DNA of 64,000 nucleotides from Cyanophora paradoxa CCMP329. Lineage: Eukaryota; Plantae; Glaucophyta. The notes beneath the pieces are model-generated. The model was not told the DNA's origin. It saw only the letters and a list, made by a program, of their open reading frames with translations, and did no database searches. The translations under genes were made by a program, and so were the position numbers. Positions 10,995 to 22,991 of this stretch are shown piece after piece. The stretch's first letter is position 1. Each line of letters opens with the position of its first letter. The stretch is taken from NCBI GenBank assembly GCA_004431415.1, contig QPMI01000563.1:124001-188000 (forward strand). Direction: 5' to 3'.

Positions 10995-13900
10995 ATGGCG
11001 GGCCCCGTAGCGGGCTCGGCGAGCGGGCGCATGAACATCCACAACCTCAACTCCAATTATATCGTTGTCCCGCTCGAGGACACCGTCGTAGGTTCGAATG
11101 CTGCTCCCTTGCCCGGCGCTCCAGGGGCGCGGGGCCGAGCGGGCGGCGCAGAGGGCGTCGTGGATGGCCTGCTGCACTACCTGTGCCGGAGGGACGAGGA
11201 GGGGAACTGCTGCCCGGGGGTGAACGTGCCGGACACGATCTTCTACAAGTACCGGACGGCGGCCTACTGGTTCTACATGGGCCCCGACGGCATCGACATC
11301 AAGCGCAAGCAGGAGATGCAGCTCCAGCTCATGGAGAAGAGTGCGCTGCCCCGCGGCCCCGCCCCGCCCCCGCGCCCGCCCCGCCCCCGCCCCGGCTGAC
11401 TGCCCCGCCCGCGCAGCCTTCTCGAAGCCGAGCCACCCGGACTGCGAGATCGTTTCCTACCACATCGGCACGTCCGAGACCAACGCGGGTGCCCCGCGCC
11501 CGGCCCCGCGCGCGCCCCCCGCCCGGACCGCCCCCGTCCACCGTGCGCCGACGCTGGCGGGAACCCAGGCGAGGTGACTTCCATCGAGTACTTCGACGTA
11601 CCCCTGATGCGGGACTTCTTCAACGTCACGGACCGGTACGGGTACGGCATGCTCCAGCACTTCATCGTGCCCGCCGGCAATCGCAACTGTGCGCCCCGCC
11701 CCACCCAACCCCGCCACGCCCCGTCCCCCCGGTTCGCTGAGTCGTCAGCAGCGGTCATCCGCGTGATCTGGTCGGCCAACATCTTCATAGCGGAGCGTAG
11801 GAGCAACGTGCACTCGCTCACGGATCGGAAGGCGCGCGCCGGCGCGCGGGCGCCGCCAGAGGTGGGCGGGCGGTCGCGGGGCTGAGGCGGGGCGCGGGCG
11901 GGGCAGGTGCCGATGTTCGACCGGGCGACGACCTTCGAGGCGGCGTGGCACCTCAGCGAGACGGCCCCCGTCGCCAGCCCCTCCCTCCGCCACAACCTCC
12001 TCCAGGCCCGCCCCGCCCCCCGCCCCCCGCCCCGCCCCTCGCACGCCAGCTGACGCCCGCTGCGGGGTACGCAGATCTGCGACAACATCCACGCGCACGT
12101 GTACCGCGTCTCCCCGCAGCGCTACAAGATCACGCGCATGGTGCCGCCCTGCCCGCCTTCCCGACCGGCCGCCGCCGCAGCGCCTCACGCCGGCGCGTGC
12201 CTTCGCCCTGCAGGTGATGAACTTCAAGCAGGACGCGCAGGGGAACCTCTGGTTCCTCTGGTGCTCCTCCATCCGCCTCGAGAAGCCCGGCGGCAGCGAC
12301 GGGCCCCGCCTGCCCCTCTCCGTCCGCCCCGCGTCCCCCGCCCCCGCCCCGCTCCTCCCCTGACCCCCTCCGCAGCTGCAGGCGCTGTACCAGATGCCCA
12401 AGGGGGACAGGAGGAAGAAGAAGGCGGGGGCGAGGCCCAAGGGCCCTGCCCGCCCCGCCCCGAAGCCGCGGGAGGCGGGCGAGGTCGACGCGGAGCCGGC
12501 GGGGCTCGAGGGGGGCAAGGGCGAGGAGGGCGAGGGCCCCCCGCCCCCGCCCCGCTCCGAGTCGCCGGCCCCGCCGGCTCTGCCGCCCCCGGCCCGCTCC
12601 GAGTCGCCGGCGCTCCACTCGGACCGGGAGCCGCGGACGCCCCCGCGGGCGCCCTCGCGGGAGCGCGGCGAGCGGACGCCGTCCCGCGCGCAGAGCCGCG
12701 GCGACGGCGCCGGCACCGCCCGCTCCGTCCGGCGGCGCCCCTCGGGCTCCCCCACCCCCGGCGAGATCCTCGCCGAGGTCCGCGCCCGTGCCCCCTTTCC
12801 CCGCGCGAGCCACCGTACCCGCCCTCGAGCGCGCTGGCGCAGGCGGTGGCGTCGGTCGACCTCTCGTACCCCGTCGTGGCCCCCGTCGACATCTACAAGG
12901 CGCGCGCACCCTTGCACGCCCCTCCCGAGGGGCGGGGCTGAGGGCGGGGGCAGACGACGCAGGGGAAGAGCCCGCTGGCGCTGCGCAACTTCGGCGCCAC
13001 GTCCGTCGCCCGCACCTTCACCCTCTGCCCCGACTGCCGCCGCACCATGCGTCCGCCCGGCCCCTCCCGCCCCCCCGACCCCGCGTGCCTCCTCCGACGG
13101 GGCGGGCGGGCAGCGTCGCACGAGATGACGCAACGGGTGACGTACGCGTCTTTCATCGAGTTCTTCGAGCGCCCGGCCCGCCACCGCGCCCGCACCCCGG
13201 CCTCCCCCTCCGCCTCCGCCCGCGGCGCCGGCCTCGCCGGCCTGTTCACCGAGGCCGGCGCCGGGTCGGCCCGGGGGCGGCCGGCGAGCCGGAGCGGGGC
13301 GTCGGGGTCGCCGCCGATGTCGCCGGAGCGGGCGAGCGAGCCGGCGGCGGTGGCGGCGTGGTACGCGCGCCACGCGGGGTGCCTGGGCTCGAGCACCCCC
13401 GACGAGGCGGCGCGCGCCAAGGGCCCGCCCGCGTCTCCGCCCTCGTGGCCGCCCGCAACGCCGCCCGCCCGCACCTCGCCACCCCGGACTCCACCCTCTC
13501 CGGCTCCCTGCCCCGCTCCGGCTCCGCCGGCGCCCTGCCCCCGGCCCGCGGCGCCGCCTCCCCGCACCGCGGCCCCGCCCACGCCCACCCCCACGCGCGC
13601 CACCCGCTCCGCTCCTCCCGCTCTGAGCCGGCGCTGCGAACCCGCCCCGCGCCCTCCCGCGGGGCCCCGGCGCCGGCCGGCGCCGCCCCGCCGGGCTGGG
13701 CGGCTCGGCGAGCGCGGGTCGCTGCGGGGGCGGCCGCCGCGGGGCCCGCCGCGGGGCCTGGGGCGGGGCGGCCCCGAGGCGCACCTCGACGAGACCCGCG
13801 ACCTGGAGCGGTGCGCCGCCTCGGGCGCGCTGGGGCCGGGGCCCCGCTGACGCGCGCCGCGCAGGATGGGCGCCATCCCCGCGCTGCTGCGGCCCCCGCC

Positions 13901-16652
13901 GGCGCGCAAACTCGTCTCCCCTTCGCCATCCCCCAGCTCTTCGTCCCCACCTACGTCCCCACCGGCCGCGTCCCGCCCCCGCCCGACAGCGGCCGGGGCG
14001 CGAGCCCCGAGCGGAGCCCGCAGCAGCGCGCCGCCGCCCGCGCGATCAGCAGCCTCGGGCTGCGCCCGGCCGTGGACCGGAGCGCGCGCCCCGGAAGAAC
14101 CCCCCGTCCCCCGCGCCCCGCGCCGGCCCCGCGGCAAGGCCGGCCCCAAGCGCGGCCCGGCGGCGGCGCCGAGGAGCGCGGTCCGGAGGGCGGCGGCGAC
14201 CCGAGCCAGGACGCGGAGGGGATCGAGGAGTGGGAGGGTACGGGGACGATTTCGAGGGGAGGGGGAGGAGGCGGAGGAGACGTACGAGGCGGACGACTTC
14301 GAGCCGCTCGAGCCCGAGCCCGAGGTACCGCCCTCCCCGCCCGGCCCCCCCGCGCCCCTGACCGGCGCGGCCGCAGCTTCCGCCGCCGCTGCTGGTGACG
14401 TCGGCCCCCGCCGACGCCGCCGCCGACGAGGACGAGCCCGAGGCTCGCGAGGCCCCCGCACCCCCCTCCCCCTCCCTCCCCCGCCTCTGAGCTCGGGCGC
14501 CCCGCAGGCCGGCTCGCCGCGCTGGGACAGCCCGCATCGGTGGGCCAGGTCAGCCCCCCGACCGCCCCGCCCCGCCCCGCGGCGCGCCGGCGGCGTCCAA
14601 CGGGGCGGCAGCCCGTCGAGCGCGAAGGGCCGGCGGCGGTGGAGGGCGGGCCGGGGCGGGGGCGGAGGAGGGGGCAGGGGCGGGCCCCCCTCGCCCTCCT
14701 CGGGCCGCCGGAGCTCGCTCTCGCCGGCCGACGCCCTGGCCGCCGGCGCCCCGCGGCCCCTCAGCGAGCGTGCCAAGGCCGTGCGCGCGGCGCCCCTCCC
14801 TCCCCTCGCCTCGCCCGGGCCGACGCGCGCGGCAGGCGCAGCGGGACCTGCCGGAGCTCTCGACGGAGGCCGGGGAGGCCCGCGCGGGCCGGCGAGCCCG
14901 GGCGGCGAGTGGCCGCCGCAGGGGCCGCACACGGAGGCGGCCCACACGCAGCGCGCCCCGAGGTGCCCCCGAGCCTGCCCGCCCCGCTCGCGCGGCCTCA
15001 CGAGCAGCGGCGTGGCAGCGAGGAGCCGGAGGAGGAGGGGCAGCGGGCGGCGGAGATGCCGCCCGTCGTCCGCCTGCTCCACCCGAACCTCACCCTCGCC
15101 CTCTACCGCCAGCTCAAGGCGCGCCGCAGCCCCCGCCCCCGCCCCCCGAGCCGGCCCCGCTCGGCTGAGGGGGCCGGCAGAGCAACCCGGACTTTGTGTC
15201 GACGACGGTGAAGGTCTGCGACGACTGCATGCTCAAGTTCACCGACAGGTCCCCCCTCTCCCTCGTCTTCCTCGCTCGCCGGCCTGAGAGCGCGGGCGGG
15301 GCGGGCAGCACGATGGGCGTGCTGGCGCAGGAGCTGCAGGAGACGAGCGTGCCGCTGTACGGCCCGCCACCCGTCCCCTCCTCGCGCATCGTCGCCCGCG
15401 TCGCCGGCTACGGCCACAGCGGGCCCTCCCCCCTCTCCGCCCGCCAGCGCACCGCCCTCCGCGCCGCCCTCTCCCCCGACGAGGCGCCCCCCGAGGGGGG
15501 CCCCGCATCCCCCACCGGCTCGGCTCGCGCGCGGCCCCTCTCCCGGGCGCAGTCGCGGTCGCCATCGCGGCGGGCGAGCGGGGCGGAGGCGGAGGGCGGG
15601 GACACGCTGGGGGCACCCCACCCCCACTCGGGCCTCCTCCAGCCCCTCCCGCCCGCCGCCGCGGGGGCCCCCGGGCAGCCGCCCCTCGAGCCCGAGGAGG
15701 ACCCCTTCAAGTGCGCCCCCTCCCGAACGACGCGAGCTCGCCTGCTCCGCGCTGACGCCTAGGCCGGCGGGGGCGCAGCTTCACGGGCGTCTCGGCGATC
15801 TCGTCGATGACGGGCGCCAGCGAGGCCGCCGCCCTCAAGGCCTCCTCCGAGTCCCTCCGCGCCCTCCTCGACCGCGCCGCCGCCGTCGCCGTCGCCGCCG
15901 CCTCCTCCAACACCGGCGCCGGCGGCGGCGGGGTCCGCGCGGCGCGGGCGGCCGCGGCCGCGCGGCGGGCGAGCGGGCCGCAGCAGCAGCAGCAGGCGGA
16001 CTCGCCGGCGGGGAAGGCGGAAGCGGGGCGGGGCAGGCGGCTGGCGGGGGCGCAGGCGAAGCGGCAGCGGCGGCAGCAGAAGCTGCTCGAGGAGCAGCGC
16101 TGGGAGGCCCAGAAGGAGGCCATGCGCGCCCTCGCCAAGCAGGTCCGCCCGCGCCCCGCCCGCGCCTGCGCCGCGGGTTCGATCCCGGGCCGGCGCAGTT
16201 CTCGTCGCGGGCGGAGCTCGACTCCGCGCGGGGCCCCTTCGAGGGCCTCCCCGCCTCCCCGGCGCCGTGGACCGCGCCGCCACGCCGGCCGCAGCCTCGG
16301 CGCCCCCGCGGCCCGGGCGCCGATGCCGCCACCCCGCCCGCGCGTCTCTGCCGGGCGCAAGGTCCGCCATCTCTCCGAGGCCCCACACCTGTCCCCCGCC
16401 CCGCCTGAAGGCGGCACCCGGGCGCGCGCGCAGGTCACGCGGGAGCAGATCGCGCAGCTGCTCTTCTCGTCGCCCTACGTGCACCAGCTCGCCAGCGCCG
16501 TCCTCAGGGAGTACACCGCGGGGACGAAGATCAACCTCGGGGCGATCGACCCCTCGGACCGCGGCCTGCCCCCGCCCGGCGGGCTCCCCGGGGGCGCGAG
16601 GCGCGGCCTGCCCCCTCGCCCGCCCTCCCGCACCGCCCCCGGCCGCGCCTGA
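10995..16652 (+). CDS. Large multi-exon hypothetical protein; globular N-terminal domain followed by Pro/Arg/Ser-rich low-complexity regions
   Basis: N-terminal exons read VNVPDTIFYKY...WFY, GMLQHFIVPAGNRN, VIRVIWS, FDRATTFE and KITRMV...NFKQDAQGNLWFLWCSSIRL, with consistent splice sites. This resembles an uncharacterised family I recall from flagellated protists. It could be more than one gene. Confidence 0.55.
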
Positions 16653-16846
16653 TATCGATGGCGATCCTGTCTTTCGACCGAAAATTCGGCCGAAAAAGAT
16701 GCGGGGGGAGGGAGAGGCTTGATGGGGGTATAGGGATTGGGGACTTGAACAGGTCACCGGGTACGGGTCATTTGCTCGACGGGTACGAGTCGCTGGCAAT
16801 CCGGCTCTCCGATCGGCGTGCGGCTTCCTTTGACGTCGCAGCGCGC

Positions 16847-19800
16847 ATGGCGGCAGCGGCAGCCGCGCCTCGAACCGGCGCGTTCGAGCTGCGGCCCTAT
16901 CAGCGGGAGGCGCTCGAAGCTGTCAAAGCGCATTCCACCATCGTGAACATGCCCACGGGCACGGGCAAGACGCTCATCGCGGCGCACGCGATCTCGCACT
17001 TCTTGAGCCTCGAACGGCGGCGCCCTCCGCGGCCGTCGCGTACACGGCGCGGGCCGCGGCGCTGTCTCTTCGTCGTGCCGACTCGGGCGCTCACTAGCCA
17101 GCAAGCGGAGTACGTGCAAAGACACGCGCCCATCTGCGGCGCGGCCGGCAACCCGCCGGCGCGGGTCGTGCAGCTCTGCGGCCAGGTGCGGTTGTGCATG
17201 CGCATGCGCGTCACGCGCGGGTAGCGCGCGCGCGTGGCCGGGCCCGTTTGACAGGACCTCGGCCCTCCGTGATTCACCTGCACGCGCGGGCGCAGGAGGT
17301 GCGCATTCGGTTAAGCGCGCGCGCGCCGCCCGCGGCGTCGGCGACTACTGCAGCTGCAGCTGACTGCGCAGATCTAAATCGATATCTAGATCTAGATCTA
17401 GATATCGCCTATATATAGCTATATAACTGTAGCTAGCGCTAGGCCTTGTAATTGAGCTCACCACGATCGCTGGCCGCTCGCAGATGGAATCATGGACGCA
17501 GCAGCATTGGAATAAAGTTATGGCCGAGAACGAGGTGCTGATCATGAACAACGTTCAAATTCATTATAACATGCATGCGTATGAGCGCTAGCTCGAGTCT
17601 AACGTAGAATGTGGCGGGACGCGCACGATCCCACAAGTGCTAAACAAGCGCTAATTATATAAACAGGTGCTGGTCGGGACCCCGGAGGTGTTTCGGAGGG
17701 CCTTTGTCGACAGCAGATTCATCTGGCCTGCTGAATTCTGTCTGATCGTGTACGACGGTGCGAATCCCCGCGGTTTACATATCGTGGCTCATTTCTTTCG
17801 AAGTTCTCTGCAGCTGATGCATTTGCACTGCAGAGTGCCATAACGCCACTGGAAATTCGTTGCGTTATTTCATGTACTTTCGAGTTTCTGAATGAACAGC
17901 CCGACTCGCGGGGCATGCGCAGCCCGTGTATTATTTTCGTGGCTGACTGCACGAGTTCTGGATCCGCAGCCCTATGGCTTCGATACAGAACGACGCGATT
18001 CTCCCGTACGCGAGAGACGCCGAGCCGGACTCTGAAGTGCGCGTGCTGGGGCTGACCGCCTCCTTCGTTCACGGCAAGATGTCGGTGAGCTGCTGCCGGC
18101 TTTAATTTGAATCTGTACAACGTAACTGAACTGTCTGACTGAAATCATCGGCTTTCGACATTAACGCGCAGAACCTTGAAGAGAAGCGTCTTCGTCTTGA
18201 GCAGCTACTCGGCGCACGTATGATCTCCCCTGTTGTGCCGCGGACCGCCACGTCGGCAGCTTTAGATAGTCCGTCGTCCGATCATTCTGACGAGGCCCGA
18301 CGCTTTGAACGCGTCCCCTTCGACAACCAAGATGTCGAAGAGGTGATCTGGGCGGCGCGGTGTTTATTTTGAGCGTCGGGTCGACGAGAACCAAAATGTC
18401 TTCGCGGGTTTAATTAAGGTCAAGGATCGACGCCGCGCGCTGCGCAGTTTCGTGCGGAGGTCGACCGGCACGTCTCGAACGTGCTGGAGAACTTCCTCGT
18501 GGGGCTCATCCACCCCAAGGACCTCAAGAACACGGCGACCCGAGCGTGGAAGGTCTTCGAGGCGCTCGGCAGCACCGCCCTGCTCTTCTACTTGCGCGAG
18601 GGCCTCCTCTCCCAGGCGAGCGCTAGCTATAGGCGCTCTTGAATTCTGAAGCTGTTGATCCGAAGTAATTATCGAGCACTTCGAATTCGTGCAGCTGGAG
18701 GCTAAGACGCTGGAGCTGCTCGCCATCAGCCGATCGAGCAAGAACAACATGTCCCCTGCGGTAACCTCAAGCTCTCTAGATCGGCGATCATGATCAATTC
18801 AGAGGCTCTCTGGACTCGATTATATGAATAAGCAAATTCAAATTAAGTCTGATTGCCCCCTCGTGTTGCAGAATTCAGTTAATTATAGTTGATATCGCTT
18901 CTCACTTTGCAGAAATTTGAGGACATGCTCCGAAGAATCGCCGCAGCTCGGGCGCGAATGCTTTCGTATGACTTCGCATTGGACTGGGAGGGACCCAAGC
19001 CTCCGGAGATATCGAATAAGGCGGAGAAACTGCTGAAGCTGATCCTGCAACTGCAAGAGGGAGCACACGAAGATTCCGATCTGCAATTCCGCGGACTCAT
19101 CTTTGTGACAGAGGTGATGAATTCGATCCTCGAGCTCTTTGATTTGGTACCGGTACTTCTTATTCTGGTTATCTTACACACGAATTTGCAGGTCAGCTTC
19201 ACTTATCCAGTTGCGGCCCTGATCAACGACCGGTGCCGGCTCGGCGGTCTCCGCGATCGGCGGCAGACCAATCGCGAAGTGGCTCGCCCCGTCTCCGGCG
19301 TCGGCTCGATGAAGGTCTTCCAGTACTGCGAATCCCGCGAATCCCGCTCAATTCTCAATTTCTTTGCGCGGGGCAGGACAAAATGCGGGAGGAGAACCTG
19401 GCGGCGTTCAAGGCCGGGACGGTGCCCCTCCTCGTGTCGACCAACGCCCTCGAGGAGGGCATCGACGTCGCCGAGTGCTCCTTTGGTCCGCGTCCGGATC
19501 CGCTCCTTCCTGTACCAGCCCGCCCCCGCTCAGCTTTGAATTCCCTGCATTCAATTTCACAGTGATCCGGTTCGACAAATTCGAGACGACGAAAAGCCAT
19601 ATACAGGGAAGTGGGCGGGCAAGAAACCCCAACGCGCGCATTTTCTACTTCGACAATTGCCCGAAGGTGAGCGATGATTTATTCGACATGATTTTCTGCA
19701 ACCTAATATAACGCGGCTTGTTTAGGCCGAAAGACTGCAGGAGCAACGTATGGTCGAAGTCGCAAGGAACGGATATTTAGGCGCCACCCCACAGGATCTG

Positions 19801-21884
19801 ATGAATGCGATGCAATGCGCTTACGATGCTCTCGACGTTCACCGGTTGAAAAGGGGCATTCGGCATCCATTCGAAACGACGCATGGTGGTTTGATCACCG
19901 GTGCATTAACCTTGCTTCCGTGTTTCGCACATCAAACTGTTTTCTCTGGTTCTGACTGGTTCAATTAATGCAATGCTCAATCGATATCATATGCATGTTC
20001 AGTCTTCAACTGCCTGACGATTTTCTACGAGTACTGCCAGGCGCGTCGCTTCGCTTTCAGCGGGCCAATGTTTTCTGAATTCACTGTGGTGTCCACGGGG
20101 GCCGCAGATGGCTCTCCGGCGCAACTTCGACCCGGAGGAGTACCTCTTCGAGATCACGCAGGAGACGTGGGACCAAGTCGGGGCGGGCCTCCCCGAGCCC
20201 CCCAAGCGCATCGAGAAGGCGCGCCCTGCATGCGCGCTTCAATACTCGAATTCGATGCATATGCGGCTCGCGGTCTTTCTAATTGTAAGAGGGCATGGCT
20301 AATGCTCGATCACGACTCGAAGATCAAGTACCCGACCCCTCTGGCGCCGACGGCTCTGCATGCGACTGGTTGGAGGTGGGTCACGAGCGCGGAGGTCGAG
20401 GAGTTCTGGCATCACCTCGGCATCGAAGAAGTGGTGCGCGCCGGCCGTGTTTGACGTACTGGCGATCAGTTCAATCACGATTCTGAACTCGGAGGTCTGA
20501 CCGTCGTCTCAGGTCGAGCCGAAGGAGCGGCTGCGGAACATGGAGCCGTGGGACCTCGAGAAGCGCCGCTTCGTCTACGTCGTGACCCTCCTCCTCGCCG
20601 GCGCCAAGATCAACGCCGAGAGCGCACCTCGCCACCCTGCGGGTGAGAGTAGTGCTGAGATTGCGAAATATGATTTCTTCGTCTGCTGACGCCTCGAATT
20701 CCAGCGTTCCTCGGGGAGGGGAACCGGCCGACGCGGGAGGCGCTGGAGGGGGCGTGGAAGGTCTGCCCCTTCGAGCAGCGGCAGCAGAAGCTCCGCCTCA
20801 AGAAGGGCTACCCCGGCGACTGCAAGACCTCGAGCTCGCGAGACCCTTACCAGGATTACTACGAGGCCCGGTCCGCCGTCACAATTCATAGCATTGCACG
20901 CGATCCTAAACCACAACTTCTTCTGACGGGTGTGCTTCAGCACCCCGGACTTCAGCTCGCGCTCGTCGTCCCCGGACCCGGACCCGCGGGCGGCTGCCGT
21001 CCCCGCCTCCGCCTCCGCCTCCGCCTCGGGCTCGGCGAGCACCAGCGCTAGCACTGTGCCGTATTCATACTCGCACCCCGGCACGCCGGCTCCGGCCCAG
21101 TACCCGCGGAATCCCTCGCTCACCCGTGCGTAAAATATGTAGCATCCCTTGCATCGCCTTCCATTTTGGAGAATATCCCTGATTTCTTCGGAACCTGCAG
21201 ACGCGAATGGGGCTAGATTTTCCCGGCCCGTCTCGCCAACGGCTGCTTTGCATGCATCCGCATTCGCTCCCATAGCCAGTCGCCTGGCTTCGAATTCCGT
21301 CGCGAGCCAGCCGCAGCCCTCCTCGCGTGTCTCCGATTCCCCGAGTCTTGCGGCCAGCATTGCCCCATCGAGCGCTAGCGCGCGTACGGCGGCGTCGGTC
21401 GCGGCTCTCCTGCAGCGCGGGCAGACGCCGCAGCCAGTGCAGCCGGCCGCGGCCGCGAGCATCGATCTCGTAAGCCTGCAGCTGCAGTCGGCTGCCCGAC
21501 CGCGCTCCTCCGCCTGCTCCTCCGCCTCCGGATCCGCCGCCTCGTCGGGCTCGAGCTCGGCTTCTGTGGCGGCCGCCAAGAACCGCCTGCAGGTGCCCCC
21601 GACCGTGCACGCGTACGCCTCCTGTAATGTTTCGTTTACTGCTTGCGCGGCAGGAGTACTTCCAGAAGCGGCACGGGAACGCCTGGTCGTCCCTCGTGCG
21701 CTACGAGGACCCGCGGCGGGTGGGGCCCGACCACAGCCCCCTCTGGTCGGCCGCGGTGCTCGTGCGCGAGCCGGCGGGGCCCCCGGAGCGCCGCTTCGAT
21801 GGGGCGCCCTGCGCCCGCAAGGGCGACGCCGAGAAGCACGCCGCCGCCGCCGCCTGCGCCGCCCTCGGCATCGCCGTCGTCTGA
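16847..21884 (+). CDS. Dicer/RIG-I-like DExD/H helicase with DUF283-like region and C-terminal dsRNA-binding domain; no PAZ or RNase III seen
   Basis: Motifs present: Q (LRPYQRE), I (MPTGTGKT), Ia (VVPTRAL), Ib (VGTPEV), II split by an intron (YD/ECH), III (LGLTAS), IV (RGLIFV), V (STNALEEGIDV) and VI (HIQGSGRAR). The terminal exon KNRLQEYFQKR...GPDHSPLWSAAV...RKGDAEKHAAAAAC is a dsRBD. Confidence 0.85.
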
Positions 21885-22991
21885 TCGCGTCTATGTTGCG
21901 ATCGGTTCTCCAATCAGAAATTATTTCAGCGGGGCCGACCGTCGACGTCGGACTGCAGCGTGACGTTTCGCGGTTTTCGCATTCTTTCGCAGTTTTTCGC
22001 AGAAACTATTTCAGCGGGACTTTTCGTGCTTTTTATGGCCTAGGCGCAGCTTTTTCTAATTCGTGGCCTAGCCGTACGCATAGTGCAGCTCAAGGGTTTC
22101 CGGCAGTGTTTGGCCTGACAGCCTTGTGAATTGATCATGGTGAAATTATTTCAGGGGGGCCTATCGATATATATATCGCGACCGTCGACTTCGAGCTGCA
22201 GCGGGCTTTTTAATTTCGCAGTTTTTCGCGGTTTTTCGCTTCCTTGGACGCCCGCAGGAAGGTCCAACAGTCATTGCAGCTCTAGCACAGAATACGTGTG
22301 GGTCTTGCACCCCGCGGCCCAAGGCTCCCGCTCTCTCCAGGCCCCCAACCCCAACCCCTCCAGGATTTGTGAGGTATACGTAAAATCAAAGTAGCTTGAA
22401 AGAAGTTAAGCCTTCAAATTTCTAGGGCTAGCTGTGGCCACGCTTACGGGCTAGCTGTGGTGTCCGTACGCGTGGGGCTAGCTATAGCTCGAGCTCTGGG
22501 CCTAGCCCCCCACCGTGGCACGTCCACGCGTTCGTTCGATATCGATTATAATTATCGAGTGGATTTGGTGAGGCGTGCACGTGTCGACCTTAGAACGAGT
22601 CCGGCGCAAGTTCTGCTACATTGCTGGTATTGACTCAGTGACTCGGAGATACATACATAAAGATGCGTAAAAGCGCCTCGAGCTCGAGGTTGACGTCGAC
22701 GCTGGTGGAAAACTGAATGATCGAAGTCGGAAATCGAATTCGGAAGAAGTGGCCGCGCGCGGCCGCGAAGCTGCGAATTTCGAGACTGAATTTCCGCGCC
22801 GGTACAGCGATCGCAAGCGCGCGGCTGCGCATGCTGTCTTAAACGAATTCGGATACGTACGCGAAAAGACGAAAGTCCTATATAGCTATATATAGGTCTA
22901 CCAGCTGCAGATCTAAATTGGATTTTTAAAGGCGCGCGCTGACGATATCGATCGCGCGAGCGCCCGGCCCAAGAAAACGGAAACTCGGCGC

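Noticed and set aside
36-16800. Numerous long overlapping Arg/Pro/Gly/Ala-rich ORFs in the track (e.g. 5861..8359, 11745..13784, 12893..15082)
   Set aside because: These arise from very high GC content and few stop codons. The real genes are spliced and only parts of these frames are coding.
21900-22530. Short repeated motifs (attatttcagcggg, ttttcgc, gggctagctgtgg) as a defined transposon
   Set aside because: No clear termini, TSD or coding capacity could be established.
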